This document shows, piece after piece, positions 9,810-18,046 of a stretch of 64,000 nt of DNA. Position 1 is the first letter of the stretch. Every line of letters starts with the position of its first letter. Location: contig JAKQKX010000023.1 of the NCBI GenBank assembly GCA_029560465.1, forward strand, positions 7,965 to 71,964. Direction: 5' to 3'. The stretch comes from Candidatus Omnitrophota bacterium. GTDB lineage: Bacteria; Omnitrophota; Gorgyraeia; Zapsychrales; JANLHA01. The position numbers and the translations under genes are program-made. A model generated the notes under the pieces. That model saw only the letters and a list, made by a program, of their open reading frames with translations, did no database searches and was not told the DNA's origin.

Positions 9810-10804
9810 GAGATTCTTCTTTGGAAGATGAGCTCGGGAGTTTTTTTACATACCTTGATCCCATTGGGCCAGTGAACCGACGCGCCCTCTTTTCGGTTCG
9901 TGATCAGGTCTTCGATTTCCCGTACGTGTTGGAGGGTCAAGCGGGTCAGGTCGCCTTGCAGTTTTTCATAGGCCAGCCGGTAAATAACCCTTTGCAGGCT
10001 CGGATGCAGTTGGGCCAGTTTTTTGAGCTGAAGTTTGACGGTGCCGGTCCCTGGCCCGGGAAACGAGATTTTTTTAAAGGTTTTCTGTCCGTGTGAAGCC
10101 AGGAACTCGTAGTCCTCCGCGGTGAGGCTGGCGAGTTGGAATAAGAGCTCCCGGATTTGAGGCTGATAATTTTTTTCTATATGAGGAAGAAGTTTTTTCC
10201 GGATCGCGTTCCGGAAATAATAGCTGTCTTCATTAGTCGAATCTTTCCGGTACCGTATTTTGTTCGCCCGGAGATACCGCAGGATATCATCCTTGGGAAT
10301 ATTATAAAAAGGCCGGATTATGGTTATGGCATGGAGCTTGGTTTGCGGAGGGATCCCTTTCAATCCCTGCAGCCCGGCGCCTCGTAAAATATGCATAAGG
10401 ACTGTTTCCGCGCAGTCGTCCCGGTGATGCGCGAGGACGACTTTATCAGCCCGGTATTTTTGGGTGAGGCGCTCAAGATGACGCAGGCGGGCTTGTCTGG
10501 CATTCTCTTCCAGTGAACTCTGGTCCTGCGTCCGTTTAATGGTCAGCCGTATGGATTGGAAAGAAACATTTAAATAACGGCAGACCTCCTTGACGAATTG
10601 TTCGTCCCCTGCGGCATCGTCGCGAAGCTGATGGTTAAAATGCACAGCCAGGAGCCGGAATGCCAATATATGCTGAAGGCGGCTCAAAACATGCAGCAGG
10701 GCTATTGAGTCGCTCCCGCCGGAAACACCGACTAACAGCGTGTCCCCTTTCCGGACCAAATGTTTTCGAAGGATGTTCGTTTTGACCTGCGCGGTGATAT
10801 CCAT
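9806..10804 (-). CDS. tilS: tRNA(Ile)-lysidine synthetase
   Basis: VGVSGGSDS PP-loop, AHHRDD.AET and DSTN...FRNAIR motifs; tilS-ftsH-folP synteny. Start set at MDITAQ. Confidence 0.94.
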   Translation of the reverse strand: MDITAQVKTNILRKHLVRKGDTLLVGVSGGSDSIALLHVLSRLQHILAFRLLAVHFNHQLRDDAAGDEQFVKEVCRYLNVSFQSIRLTIKRTQDQSSLEENARQARLRHLERLTQKYRADKVVLAHHRDDCAETVLMHILRGAGLQGLKGIPPQTKLHAITIIRPFYNIPKDDILRYLRANKIRYRKDSTNEDSYYFRNAIRKKLLPHIEKNYQPQIRELLFQLASLTAEDYEFLASHGQKTFKKISFPGPGTGTVKLQLKKLAQLHPSLQRVIYRLAYEKLQGDLTRLTLQHVREIEDLITNRKEGASVHWPNGIKVCKKTPELIFQRRIS

Positions 10805-10812
10805 TATTATCA

Positions 10813-10911
10813 TCAGAAGCGGTTGAGCCATTTGCTGCCCGCGACCGCAATGCCAATCATGAGTAACATGATCACCAGAAGGAGGATGATCACAAACAGG
10901 ATTTTATTCAC
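10813..10911 (-). CDS. Putative 32-aa single-pass membrane peptide
   Basis: GTG-start ORF MNKILFVIILLLVIMLLMIGIAVAGSKWLNRF* exactly fills the gap; its start overlaps the stop of the upstream gene. Confidence 0.45.
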   Translation of the reverse strand: MNKILFVIILLLVIMLLMIGIAVAGSKWLNRF

Positions 10912-11461
10912 TTAGGATGCCTCTTTTTTCAGTACGGGCGTCCTGATAAGCCGTCCGTAATTGTTCGGCGTACTTGAAGTTTGGAGGTTGAATATGAAGA
11001 TGAGCGAATCCTTGCCGGATAATTTCAGCATTAACGAACCGCTGGTCTTCGGCTAAAAATACATAAGCGAGGTCAACCGCAGATTCGTCTTTTTTTCGTG
11101 AGTCAAACTCCAACGTGATTTTTTTCCCCAATAATAGCGTCCGGACAAAATCAATGGCGCGTTCTTCCAGGGATATTGCGGGCGACGTTTCTTTTATAAC
11201 GAATCCATACTGGTCGCGGACAACCTCTCTTTGCCGAGGAGTTTCCAGCGCTTTAATCCCGATGAGTTTGATTTTATCTTTATTGTCCAGGATGATCGTG
11301 TCAGTCGAGATGACCCCGGTCACAAGGCGCTCTTCCACTTGTTGATTTATAAATAAAACATTTTCATCGGCCTGAAGGGGCGTTGAAAACAAAAAGGCCG
11401 TCAAACCCGCTACCCAGGCCTTTTTAAGGGTTGTTAAGATATGAGCCCGGGATAAAATCAT
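10904..11461 (-). CDS. Secreted thermonuclease (SNase)-like protein with degenerate active site
   Basis: Signal peptide; SNase-like segments VISTDTI, KLIGI, LAYVF, VNAEIIRQGFA and ARTEKRGI. Confidence 0.8.
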   Translation of the reverse strand: MILSRAHILTTLKKAWVAGLTAFLFSTPLQADENVLFINQQVEERLVTGVISTDTIILDNKDKIKLIGIKALETPRQREVVRDQYGFVIKETSPAISLEERAIDFVRTLLLGKKITLEFDSRKKDESAVDLAYVFLAEDQRFVNAEIIRQGFAHLHIQPPNFKYAEQLRTAYQDARTEKRGILSE

Positions 11462-11474
11462 AAGGCGTGTATAG

Positions 11475-11684
11475 CTAGGAATGCCGGGCGGGTTGATGGA
11501 GCTCGACAAAATAGTCGATGGAACGGTTGAACGTCTTTTCTGCCTCTGCCGGGAAAAAACAGGCTGGAATTTGTCCTTTCTTCCGGTGGTAGCGGACGCA
11601 TTCGCAGCAAAGTCCGGCTTTGTCGCAACCCGTGTAGGTGCAGTTGCATCCTTCCATGTTCATGGATTTGTTGGGGCATTTCAT
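11475..11684 (-). CDS. Small Cys-rich protein (DUF6485-like)
   Basis: CNCTY..C...GLCCECVRYH.....PACFF pattern; GAGG SD. Family assignment is from memory. Confidence 0.75.
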   Translation of the reverse strand: MKCPNKSMNMEGCNCTYTGCDKAGLCCECVRYHRKKGQIPACFFPAEAEKTFNRSIDYFVELHQPARHS

Positions 11685-11759
11685 TAGAATATCCTCGCTT
11701 ATTTATATCATAAGCTCGGAGGGTTCTGATCGTCAATGAGAATTTTAAGCCCATCCTTT

Positions 11760-12743
11760 TTACGCAACGCCGCCTCGTGTCCGCCGCCGGAAACATCCGC
11801 AGAGTAGCGCTCCTCCCAGTAGGTAAAGGGTTTGCGGTTCCGGTATGGTCCTGATGTTAAAAACTGTGACGTAATCGATTTCGTAAAAATAGTCAACATT
11901 CCCGGTTATATCCTGGGCGGCCAGGAGGTCGGGATGATAGGCCTGGGCCCATTCTGGCCCAGGCACCCAGATGTTCAGCCGCATGCTTAGCGGATGGGAC
12001 GGTATGGCGGTGCCGGCCTGATACACCAGGATATCGTTGACATACCATTCTATTTTATCTGTAAACCAGACAATTTTATACGTGTTGAACTCTGTGGCTG
12101 TTATATCGTCGGGAAAAGACAAGATTTCTGGCCGTCCCGTCGCGGAGGGGGGGGCGTTGATAAAGCGGTTGACCAGGAATTGCGGCGTGCTGGAAGGCAG
12201 ATAAAGGTTGGAGAGGAATTCAATGTCGATTTCGTCTTTCAGGTTCCCTGCCCCTGTTTCGCCAAAGCCAAAAATTGAAGTGATGACCCCTAGCGGAATT
12301 TCTTCCGAAGCCCTCACCCTGGCTTCAAAGGCAATCCCTTCTTCCGGGGTTGGAGAAAATGTTTGGATCGTGTCAATTTCCGAGCCCCAGAAAGTCAGGT
12401 GTTTAGGGTCCGTGGGATTGTAGGTGCTTAAGAGGAGCCGAGCGACCCCGAGAGCGGAATCAGAGAGCGAGGCTCCCACTTCCACGGTTTTTCGTAGACC
12501 ATCTGTCATGCTGTCCGGGATATTGGGGTTGCGGAGCGCGGTTTGCCCGAAGAACGCCGCAGGCCCTTCTGGCGTGGTCCAGAGTGAACGGTCAACGTCT
12601 TCGGAGGGGGTGTTAAAGTCATCATGAAAAAGGATCCCCGCTTCTCCAGGGGTGTTTACAAGTATAAGGAATAACAGGGGGAGAAGGCAACGGGAAAAAT
12701 ATTCCCTGGAACGCCGGGGCAACACAGGGCCGGGATGCAGCAT
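11760..12743 (-). CDS. GH16-family glycoside hydrolase with PEP-CTERM sorting signal
   Basis: Catalytic EIDIE motif; C-terminal IPEP + TM + RRR; signal peptide. Start moved to MLHPGP (AAGGA SD) because the ORF-track start overlaps the tRNA. Confidence 0.82.
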   Translation of the reverse strand: MLHPGPVLPRRSREYFSRCLLPLLFLILVNTPGEAGILFHDDFNTPSEDVDRSLWTTPEGPAAFFGQTALRNPNIPDSMTDGLRKTVEVGASLSDSALGVARLLLSTYNPTDPKHLTFWGSEIDTIQTFSPTPEEGIAFEARVRASEEIPLGVITSIFGFGETGAGNLKDEIDIEFLSNLYLPSSTPQFLVNRFINAPPSATGRPEILSFPDDITATEFNTYKIVWFTDKIEWYVNDILVYQAGTAIPSHPLSMRLNIWVPGPEWAQAYHPDLLAAQDITGNVDYFYEIDYVTVFNIRTIPEPQTLYLLGGALLCGCFRRRTRGGVA

Positions 12744-12822
12744 GCCGAGTCCTTTCATAATTACCGGAAGATTTATAAAAAACATGGCGGATTCCGCGGG
12801 ATAAGGCCTTTGATTGAAGAAA

Positions 12823-12899
12823 TGGTAGCGAGGGACGGATTCGAACCGTCGACGCCGCGGGTATGAGCCGCGTGCTCTAACCAGCTGAGCTACCTCGCC
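12823..12899 (-). tRNA. tRNA-Met(CAT), elongator type
   Basis: GGCGAGGTAGCTCAGCTGGTTAGAGCA-CGCGG-CTCATAC-CCGCG...GGTTCGAATCC-GTCCCTCGCTACCA; CCA encoded; lacks the initiator C1:A72 mismatch. Confidence 0.93.
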
Positions 12900-12986
12900 A
12901 CATAATATAGTCCTCTCGGATCCCAAGGTGGCGCAAGGTCCACCCTCTATTCCTGAACAGAAAAATGAAGCGTTTAGAGAGTCTAA

Positions 12987-13015
12987 ATTTTACGCTAAAG
13001 TATCTGGCTTGGCAA
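12987..13015 (-). promoter_or_regulatory. Putative sigma70 promoter of tRNA-Met
   Basis: TTGCCA-N17-TAAAAT. Confidence 0.55.
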
Positions 13016-13061
13016 GCCTTTTTTGGTTTGATTCTGGTTGGAACCAAGTTGAGGAGTTTTG

Positions 13062-13439
13062 TTAATACGAAATGTTTAGAAGCTTATGATTCTCGAAGGT
13101 TATGCGTATCGGGCGCCATTGCGAGGAATGGGCATGATCAGGGGGGCGTTGGTAAGTCCAGATTTCTGTGACGCTCGTTTGAGAGATTAGGCGGTAAATA
13201 TCGTCCGGTTCGCCAAAGCGGGCCTGAATTTCCTGCCCGGAGAGCCCGGGTTTCAGCTCCCCGCCCATGACCGCTGTATTGAGGGCATTGAAATTTGTTT
13301 CTTTCGTGGCCATAGCTGCCTTCCGTTCTGTCTGTTTAGCCGTGCTGCAGCCAGAGGAAACAAGAATGAGCAGACATAGAAAAGGCAGGTTCAGGAAATG
13401 AAGTAAAAATGCCCGAGAATATGCCTGGTGATTATTCAT
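13062..13439 (-). CDS. Lipoprotein, SmpA/OmlA (BamE)-like fold
   Basis: Lipobox LVSSGC; LKPGLS..EIQARFGEPD...EIWTY...ITFENHKL pattern. Start uncertain (13439 or 13508). Confidence 0.7.
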   Translation of the reverse strand: MNNHQAYSRAFLLHFLNLPFLCLLILVSSGCSTAKQTERKAAMATKETNFNALNTAVMGGELKPGLSGQEIQARFGEPDDIYRLISQTSVTEIWTYQRPPDHAHSSQWRPIRITFENHKLLNISY

Positions 13440-13514
13440 AAGCTGGAAATTGAGTATGTTTTTTGGTTGTGACACGCATTTCCGGTCGCCTTTTTTAAAG
13501 GCGTGCAAGGAGGC

Positions 13515-13817
13515 TCATTTAAAAATGTAATAAAGCAAACCCAGTATGATGAGAAGACAGGCCAAGTAAAAGTCGTTATAATAGAAAAAATCCTGAACAC
13601 GTTCCAGAGATGTATAAGGGTAACTGGACTCCTTTTCCTGGGGCACGTGCCCTTGCCCCCTTAAGGCGACAACTTCGGATTTTTTGAGACGTAAGAATTG
13701 GTTCGCGATCCGGTAAGCAATAAGCTGTTTTTTCTCAATGAGGTCCATAACTTGTTTTTCGGTTATGTCCAGGATTTGCGCGGTTTCTCTGACTGAGATA
13801 TATTGATTTTCGTTCAT
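13515..13817 (-). CDS. Excisionase/BldC-type (HTH_17) domain protein with C-terminal TM anchor
   Basis: YISVRETAQILDITEKQVMDLIEKKQLIAYRIANQFLRL domain; C-terminal FYLACLLIILGLLYYIFK helix. Confidence 0.82.
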   Translation of the reverse strand: MNENQYISVRETAQILDITEKQVMDLIEKKQLIAYRIANQFLRLKKSEVVALRGQGHVPQEKESSYPYTSLERVQDFFYYNDFYLACLLIILGLLYYIFK

Positions 13818-13858
13818 AACGATTTATGTGCCGGCACGAAACAAGCGTGTTTAAAAGC

Positions 13859-14383
13859 TTAATCTGTGATTTTCCCTGAAGCGGCCCAGGTGTCAATCTT
13901 GGAGCGCTCAAAAGTCCAGTCTTCGCCGTTACGCGTGGCGGGGATCTGACCGGCATTCGCCAACTCGATGATGGCTGGTGGTTCGATCTCAAGATATTTT
14001 GATAATTCTTCAACGGAAAGGATGTCTTCCATCATTTGGCATTTCCCCTGGAAGATCGCCCCTTCAACGACATTCAGTTTGGGGGTGGAAATATTCCCGG
14101 TTAACACGGCTGTCGGCATTAGAACGAGCATTTTCTTGGCAATAATATCTCCCCGGACTTTACCGGCGATAATGATATTTTCGCCGTTAATATGGGCTTC
14201 CACAAAAGCGGCACCCCCGATGGTCAGTGTCCCCCGGACTTCCAGTGTGCCCTTGAAATTGCCATTGACTTTTAAATTAACCGGATCTTTAAAAGACAAT
14301 GTCCCCTGCATTTGCGCGTTGATGTCAATACTTTTTTCTTGAGGTTCGATTTCATTCACCCTGTTGCGGCCCCGGATCACCAT
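13859..14383 (-). CDS. Bactofilin fused to a C-terminal HTH_17 domain
   Basis: Beta-helix repeats (LKVNGNFKG, IIIAGKVRGDI, VLTGNI, VVEGAIFQGKCQM) followed by ILSVEELSKYLEI...GQIPA...WTFERSKIDTW; GGAGG SD. Confidence 0.88.
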   Translation of the reverse strand: MVIRGRNRVNEIEPQEKSIDINAQMQGTLSFKDPVNLKVNGNFKGTLEVRGTLTIGGAAFVEAHINGENIIIAGKVRGDIIAKKMLVLMPTAVLTGNISTPKLNVVEGAIFQGKCQMMEDILSVEELSKYLEIEPPAIIELANAGQIPATRNGEDWTFERSKIDTWAASGKITD

Positions 14384-14837
14384 AGCATCCTCCTTGGTTA
14401 TTTAATCGCTTTTTCAATCTTTTTTCAAAGGAACGTACACCAACCAGCACGAAGAAGACGGCCAGTGTCACGACAATCGCCACGGAATATAACCCCGTCC
14501 CCACGGCCATTCCGATCCCGGACACGATCCAGAGCGTGGCGGCTGTGGTTAACCCAACGACATTGGATTCGCAGCGGATGATGGTCCCCGCGCACAAAAA
14601 ACCGATACCCGTCACGATGCCTGTAATAATACGCGTCGGATCCACGAGGGTTTCATTTTTTAATGTGTAGAAGATATGATAGGACGTAAGGACAAATAAA
14701 CCCGACCCGAGCCCAACTAGAATATGGGTCCTTAACCCCGCCCCTTTATGCCGGACTTCCCTCTCCCCTCCGATCAGGCTGCAGAGGAGAATGGTTAAAA
14801 CAAGTTTGAAAATGAGTTCTCCAAGAGATATGTTCAT
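14352..14837 (-). CDS. MgtC/SapB family membrane protein (N-terminal domain only)
   Basis: IGGERE, AGLRTHILV, DPTRI, GIGFLCAGTI and GLTTAATLW motifs. Confidence 0.92.
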   Translation of the reverse strand: MNISLGELIFKLVLTILLCSLIGGEREVRHKGAGLRTHILVGLGSGLFVLTSYHIFYTLKNETLVDPTRIITGIVTGIGFLCAGTIIRCESNVVGLTTAATLWIVSGIGMAVGTGLYSVAIVVTLAVFFVLVGVRSFEKRLKKRLNNQGGCYGDPGPQQGE

Positions 14838-14851
14838 TCTAATCCTTTTTA

Positions 14852-14879
14852 ATTATACTGGATATTGTTATTTTAGCAA
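14852..14879 (-). promoter_or_regulatory. Putative sigma70 promoter of the mgtC-bactofilin operon
   Basis: TTGCTA-N16-TATAAT. Confidence 0.5.
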
Positions 14880-14904
14880 ATACTCAACAAATGAGAATTG
14901 ATTT

Positions 14905-15876
14905 CTAATTTTTTAAGCGATGATAAGCAATCCCGGCCACCATCGCCGCGTTATCCATGCACAGGTTCAAGGGCGGAAAAAAAACTTTGATGCCGCGGGA
15001 AATCGCAGCTTCGCCAAGGGCCTGCCGTAACCGGGAGTTCGCCGCGACCCCTCCGCCGACAATTAGACTGTGGCTTTTGAAATCCCGGCAGGCCGCGAGG
15101 CATTTTTTAACGAGGATCGAGACCACACTTTCCTGGAAAGCATGCACAATGTGGGTTTTCTGGGTGTTATCCTGGTTTTTGTTTTTTTGGTGATAATATA
15201 AAATGGCTGTTTTGATCCCGCTGAAACTGAAGTCGTACGTCCCAGGCAGTTCAGCGCAGTTAAATGCGAGCGGGTGGTCGGACACGTGTCGCGCCATCCG
15301 GTCGATGACGGGGCCTCCGGGATAACCCAGGTTGAGGATCCGCGCCACTTTGTCGAACGCTTCTCCCGCGGCGTCATCGCGTGTTTTTCCGAGCAGTTTG
15401 AAATCCGTCCATGATTTGATGAGATAGAGGCTCGTGTGCCCGCCGGATACGATAAGCCCTATTGTCGGTAGGCCGGGCCGGCCGGCCGCGGCCTTTTCTT
15501 TGACCGCGTCCGTTAAAAAGGGGGCATACAGATGAGCCTGGACATGATCGATTTCAATTAAAGGTTTGCGCAGCGTGAACGATAATGCCCGGGCAAATGA
15601 AAGCCCAACGAGCAAGGACCCGATGAGGCCTGGCGCCCGGGTCACGGCGATGGCGTCCAGCCGGGGGAGCCCGCAATGGGCCTCAAGAGAGGCGCGGCGC
15701 ACGACGATATTGATGGCCTCCAGTTGACGCCGGGACGCGATTTCTGGAATGATGCCCCCGTATTTTTTGTGTTCCCCAAGGCTGGAGGAGACAACACTGG
15801 AACGGATCCAGCGCCCGTCTTTGACTATTGAGGCGGCTGTTTCATCGCAGGATGTTTCTATCCCAAGGATATTCAT
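14905..15876 (-). CDS. tsaD: tRNA N6-adenosine threonylcarbamoyltransferase
   Basis: ILGIETSCDET, HVQAH, VSGGHT, DDAAGEAFDK and DNAAMVA motifs. Confidence 0.96.
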   Translation of the reverse strand: MNILGIETSCDETAASIVKDGRWIRSSVVSSSLGEHKKYGGIIPEIASRRQLEAINIVVRRASLEAHCGLPRLDAIAVTRAPGLIGSLLVGLSFARALSFTLRKPLIEIDHVQAHLYAPFLTDAVKEKAAAGRPGLPTIGLIVSGGHTSLYLIKSWTDFKLLGKTRDDAAGEAFDKVARILNLGYPGGPVIDRMARHVSDHPLAFNCAELPGTYDFSFSGIKTAILYYHQKNKNQDNTQKTHIVHAFQESVVSILVKKCLAACRDFKSHSLIVGGGVAANSRLRQALGEAAISRGIKVFFPPLNLCMDNAAMVAGIAYHRLKN

Positions 15877-15890
15877 AATCGGGTCTTGAA

Positions 15891-16721
15891 TTACAAGGCA
15901 TTGATAAGGGATTTTACCGGGACGATTTCATAGCCTATCGACGTCATGAGTTCGAGCTGCTCTTTCAGGACCTCCCAGGTCAGGACCCGGGCATGACAGA
16001 TCCCGATCGCGTACCCGTGCTTGACGGCGGTTTGTCGTAATTCCCGGAATTGTTGCTCAATGTAGTCCCGGTCATTTTTGTTGTCTAGAAAAACGTCCCT
16101 CTCCGCAAACGGAAGGTGTCGTTGGCGTGCGAGTTGAGGGCAAATGGTTTTGCGTGTGACCCGGCTGTCCAAAAAATAGAGGTTATTTTTTTTCATCTGG
16201 GTAAAAAGGAGCGACATGAGCGCCGTATCTTCTGTTGCTTTAGAACCCATGTGGTTGTTGACCCCTTTCGCATGGGGAACACTGGCTAGCGCATCGTTAA
16301 ACTTCTGAATAACCAGACTGGGTGGCATGGATGTTGTGATAATATAGTTCCCCGGATATGTGTCATTGTTCTGATGGGGCTCTAACGGGAGATGAAGCAT
16401 GACTTCTTTCCCCTGCGTATGGGCGCAATGGGCGATTTCTTGAGAATACCGCAGGTGCGGAAGCACCGAGACGGTGACAGGGGCGCTGAGTTGGGAGAGC
16501 GTGGCGCAATCATTCATGCTGTAACCCGTATCATCGATGATGATCGCAATTTTTCCTAAAGAGGTGCGTTCCGGGATCCTGCTTCTGGGGTGGAATCCCG
16601 GAACGTAAACTTTCGCCAACAGCATTGTTTCAACAACAATAATGCCGAAGAGGATCACGATCATGACGTTTTTAACCGTGTCCCGCGACCCGGATCTTTT
16701 GGACCTGCGATTTAGGGGCAT
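15891..16721 (-). CDS. Divergent polysaccharide deacetylase (YibQ family)
   Basis: IAIIIDDTG, HLPLEP, GVNNHMGS, FLDSR, RDVFLD and AIGICH motifs; follows ctpA. Confidence 0.9.
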   Translation of the reverse strand: MPLNRRSKRSGSRDTVKNVMIVILFGIIVVETMLLAKVYVPGFHPRSRIPERTSLGKIAIIIDDTGYSMNDCATLSQLSAPVTVSVLPHLRYSQEIAHCAHTQGKEVMLHLPLEPHQNNDTYPGNYIITTSMPPSLVIQKFNDALASVPHAKGVNNHMGSKATEDTALMSLLFTQMKKNNLYFLDSRVTRKTICPQLARQRHLPFAERDVFLDNKNDRDYIEQQFRELRQTAVKHGYAIGICHARVLTWEVLKEQLELMTSIGYEIVPVKSLINAL

Positions 16722-16726
16722 ATGGA

Positions 16727-18046
16727 TTAACCCGTTTGTCCGAAGTTTTTGTACACGCGGATTCCTTTGATGATGCTGATCGCGGCTTGAATCTGGTTGT
16801 CATCGAGAAGTATTTGCCTTGCGTCCTTTTTCTTCTTCTCCTCTTGCCATTTTTCCGGCTCTTTTGATTCATTGATCTCCACACCATCAAAAATTTTGTT
16901 GATTTCCTGTTCTTTCTCCTTTATTATTTTTTCCGTTTCTTGAGGTTTTTCATAAATACGCGTGACCACGACATCCGGGGTGATTCCTGTCCCGTGAATG
17001 GAAACTCCGGACGGCGTGAAGTATTTGCTTGTTGTCAAGCGCAGCCCGGACCCGTCCGGCAAAGGAATAACGGATTGCACGGACCCTTTCCCGAAGGATT
17101 GTTCCCCGAGGATAATGGCCCGCTTATTGTCTTTCAGGGCTCCGGCTAAAATTTCGCTTCCGGACGCGCTCCCCTCGTTGATCAAGACCACGACCGGCCA
17201 ATCGATGGACCTTCCTTTATTGGTGGATTTGCTTTCTATGTTTTGGGAAGGCCGCCGCCCTTTGGTGGACACGATCATTTCTCCCGGAGGAAGGAATTCA
17301 TCCGTAATATCAATGGCCACGTTCAACAGGCCGCCCGGGTTGTTTCTTAAGTCCAGGATCAGGGCGTTGGCTTCTTGCCCGCGGAGGGACTCGATCGCTT
17401 TAAGAAAATCTTTATGCGTGTCTTCCCGGAACTCCGTTAAACGGATATATCCGATCTTGTCTTCCAAGATCTGGGTGTCTTTGATGTCCTGGATTTGAAT
17501 GACTTCCCTGACAATCGTGTAATCCTGGAATTTGAATTCCTTCTCGCGCAACACGGTAATGGTGATCGGTGTTTCCGGTTCTCCGCGTAAGCGTTTAACA
17601 GCATCGCTTAAAGACATATTTTTAGTGATTTCTTTTTCTATTTTGACAATAATATCCCCGGCCATCAGCCCGGCACGCCAGGCGGGAGTGTCTTCAATGG
17701 GGGAAATGATGGTCAAGAGCCCGTCTTTGATGGAAATTTCTATCCCCAGGCCCCCGAATTTCCCCTGGGTTTCGGTTTTTAATTCCTTGTAATCATCTGG
17801 CGTCAGGAATTGCGAATGCGGGTCAAGCGCGGATAACATCCCCGTTAAAGATCCGTAAATCAGATCCTGGGGCTTTTTTTCGTCGACATATTCAGACTGG
17901 ATCGTTGTCAGGGCGTAACTGAAGATTTCAATTTGCGAGTAAAGATCATCAATTTTTTTTGAAGCGTCCATCTGGGATCTCCCTAAGGAACAGAAAATGA
18001 GGATGAACGCTAAACAAAAGGAAAATGAAATAAACTTTTTACCCAT
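16727..18046 (-). CDS. ctpA: S41 C-terminal processing protease
   Basis: LDPHS, PDZ domain, LDLRNNPGG, SASGSEI and FGKGSVQ motifs. Confidence 0.94.
   Translation of the reverse strand: MGKKFISFSFCLAFILIFCSLGRSQMDASKKIDDLYSQIEIFSYALTTIQSEYVDEKKPQDLIYGSLTGMLSALDPHSQFLTPDDYKELKTETQGKFGGLGIEISIKDGLLTIISPIEDTPAWRAGLMAGDIIVKIEKEITKNMSLSDAVKRLRGEPETPITITVLREKEFKFQDYTIVREVIQIQDIKDTQILEDKIGYIRLTEFREDTHKDFLKAIESLRGQEANALILDLRNNPGGLLNVAIDITDEFLPPGEMIVSTKGRRPSQNIESKSTNKGRSIDWPVVVLINEGSASGSEILAGALKDNKRAIILGEQSFGKGSVQSVIPLPDGSGLRLTTSKYFTPSGVSIHGTGITPDVVVTRIYEKPQETEKIIKEKEQEINKIFDGVEINESKEPEKWQEEKKKKDARQILLDDNQIQAAISIIKGIRVYKNFGQTG

Noticed and set aside
12823-12899. CAT-anticodon tRNA near tilS as tRNA-Ile2 or initiator tRNA
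   Set aside because: The GGCG acceptor stem with G1:U72 and the CATAC loop resemble elongator Met; it lacks the initiator C1:A72 mismatch. tRNAscan-SE isotype models would settle it.
12744-12926. N-terminal extension of the GH16 ORF
   Set aside because: It overlaps tRNA-Met; a downstream ATG with an SD is more plausible.
13515-14383. Excisionase-like domains near a tRNA as a prophage or integrative element
   Set aside because: No integrase, att repeat or phage genes are present; the domains are fused to a TM helix and a bactofilin.
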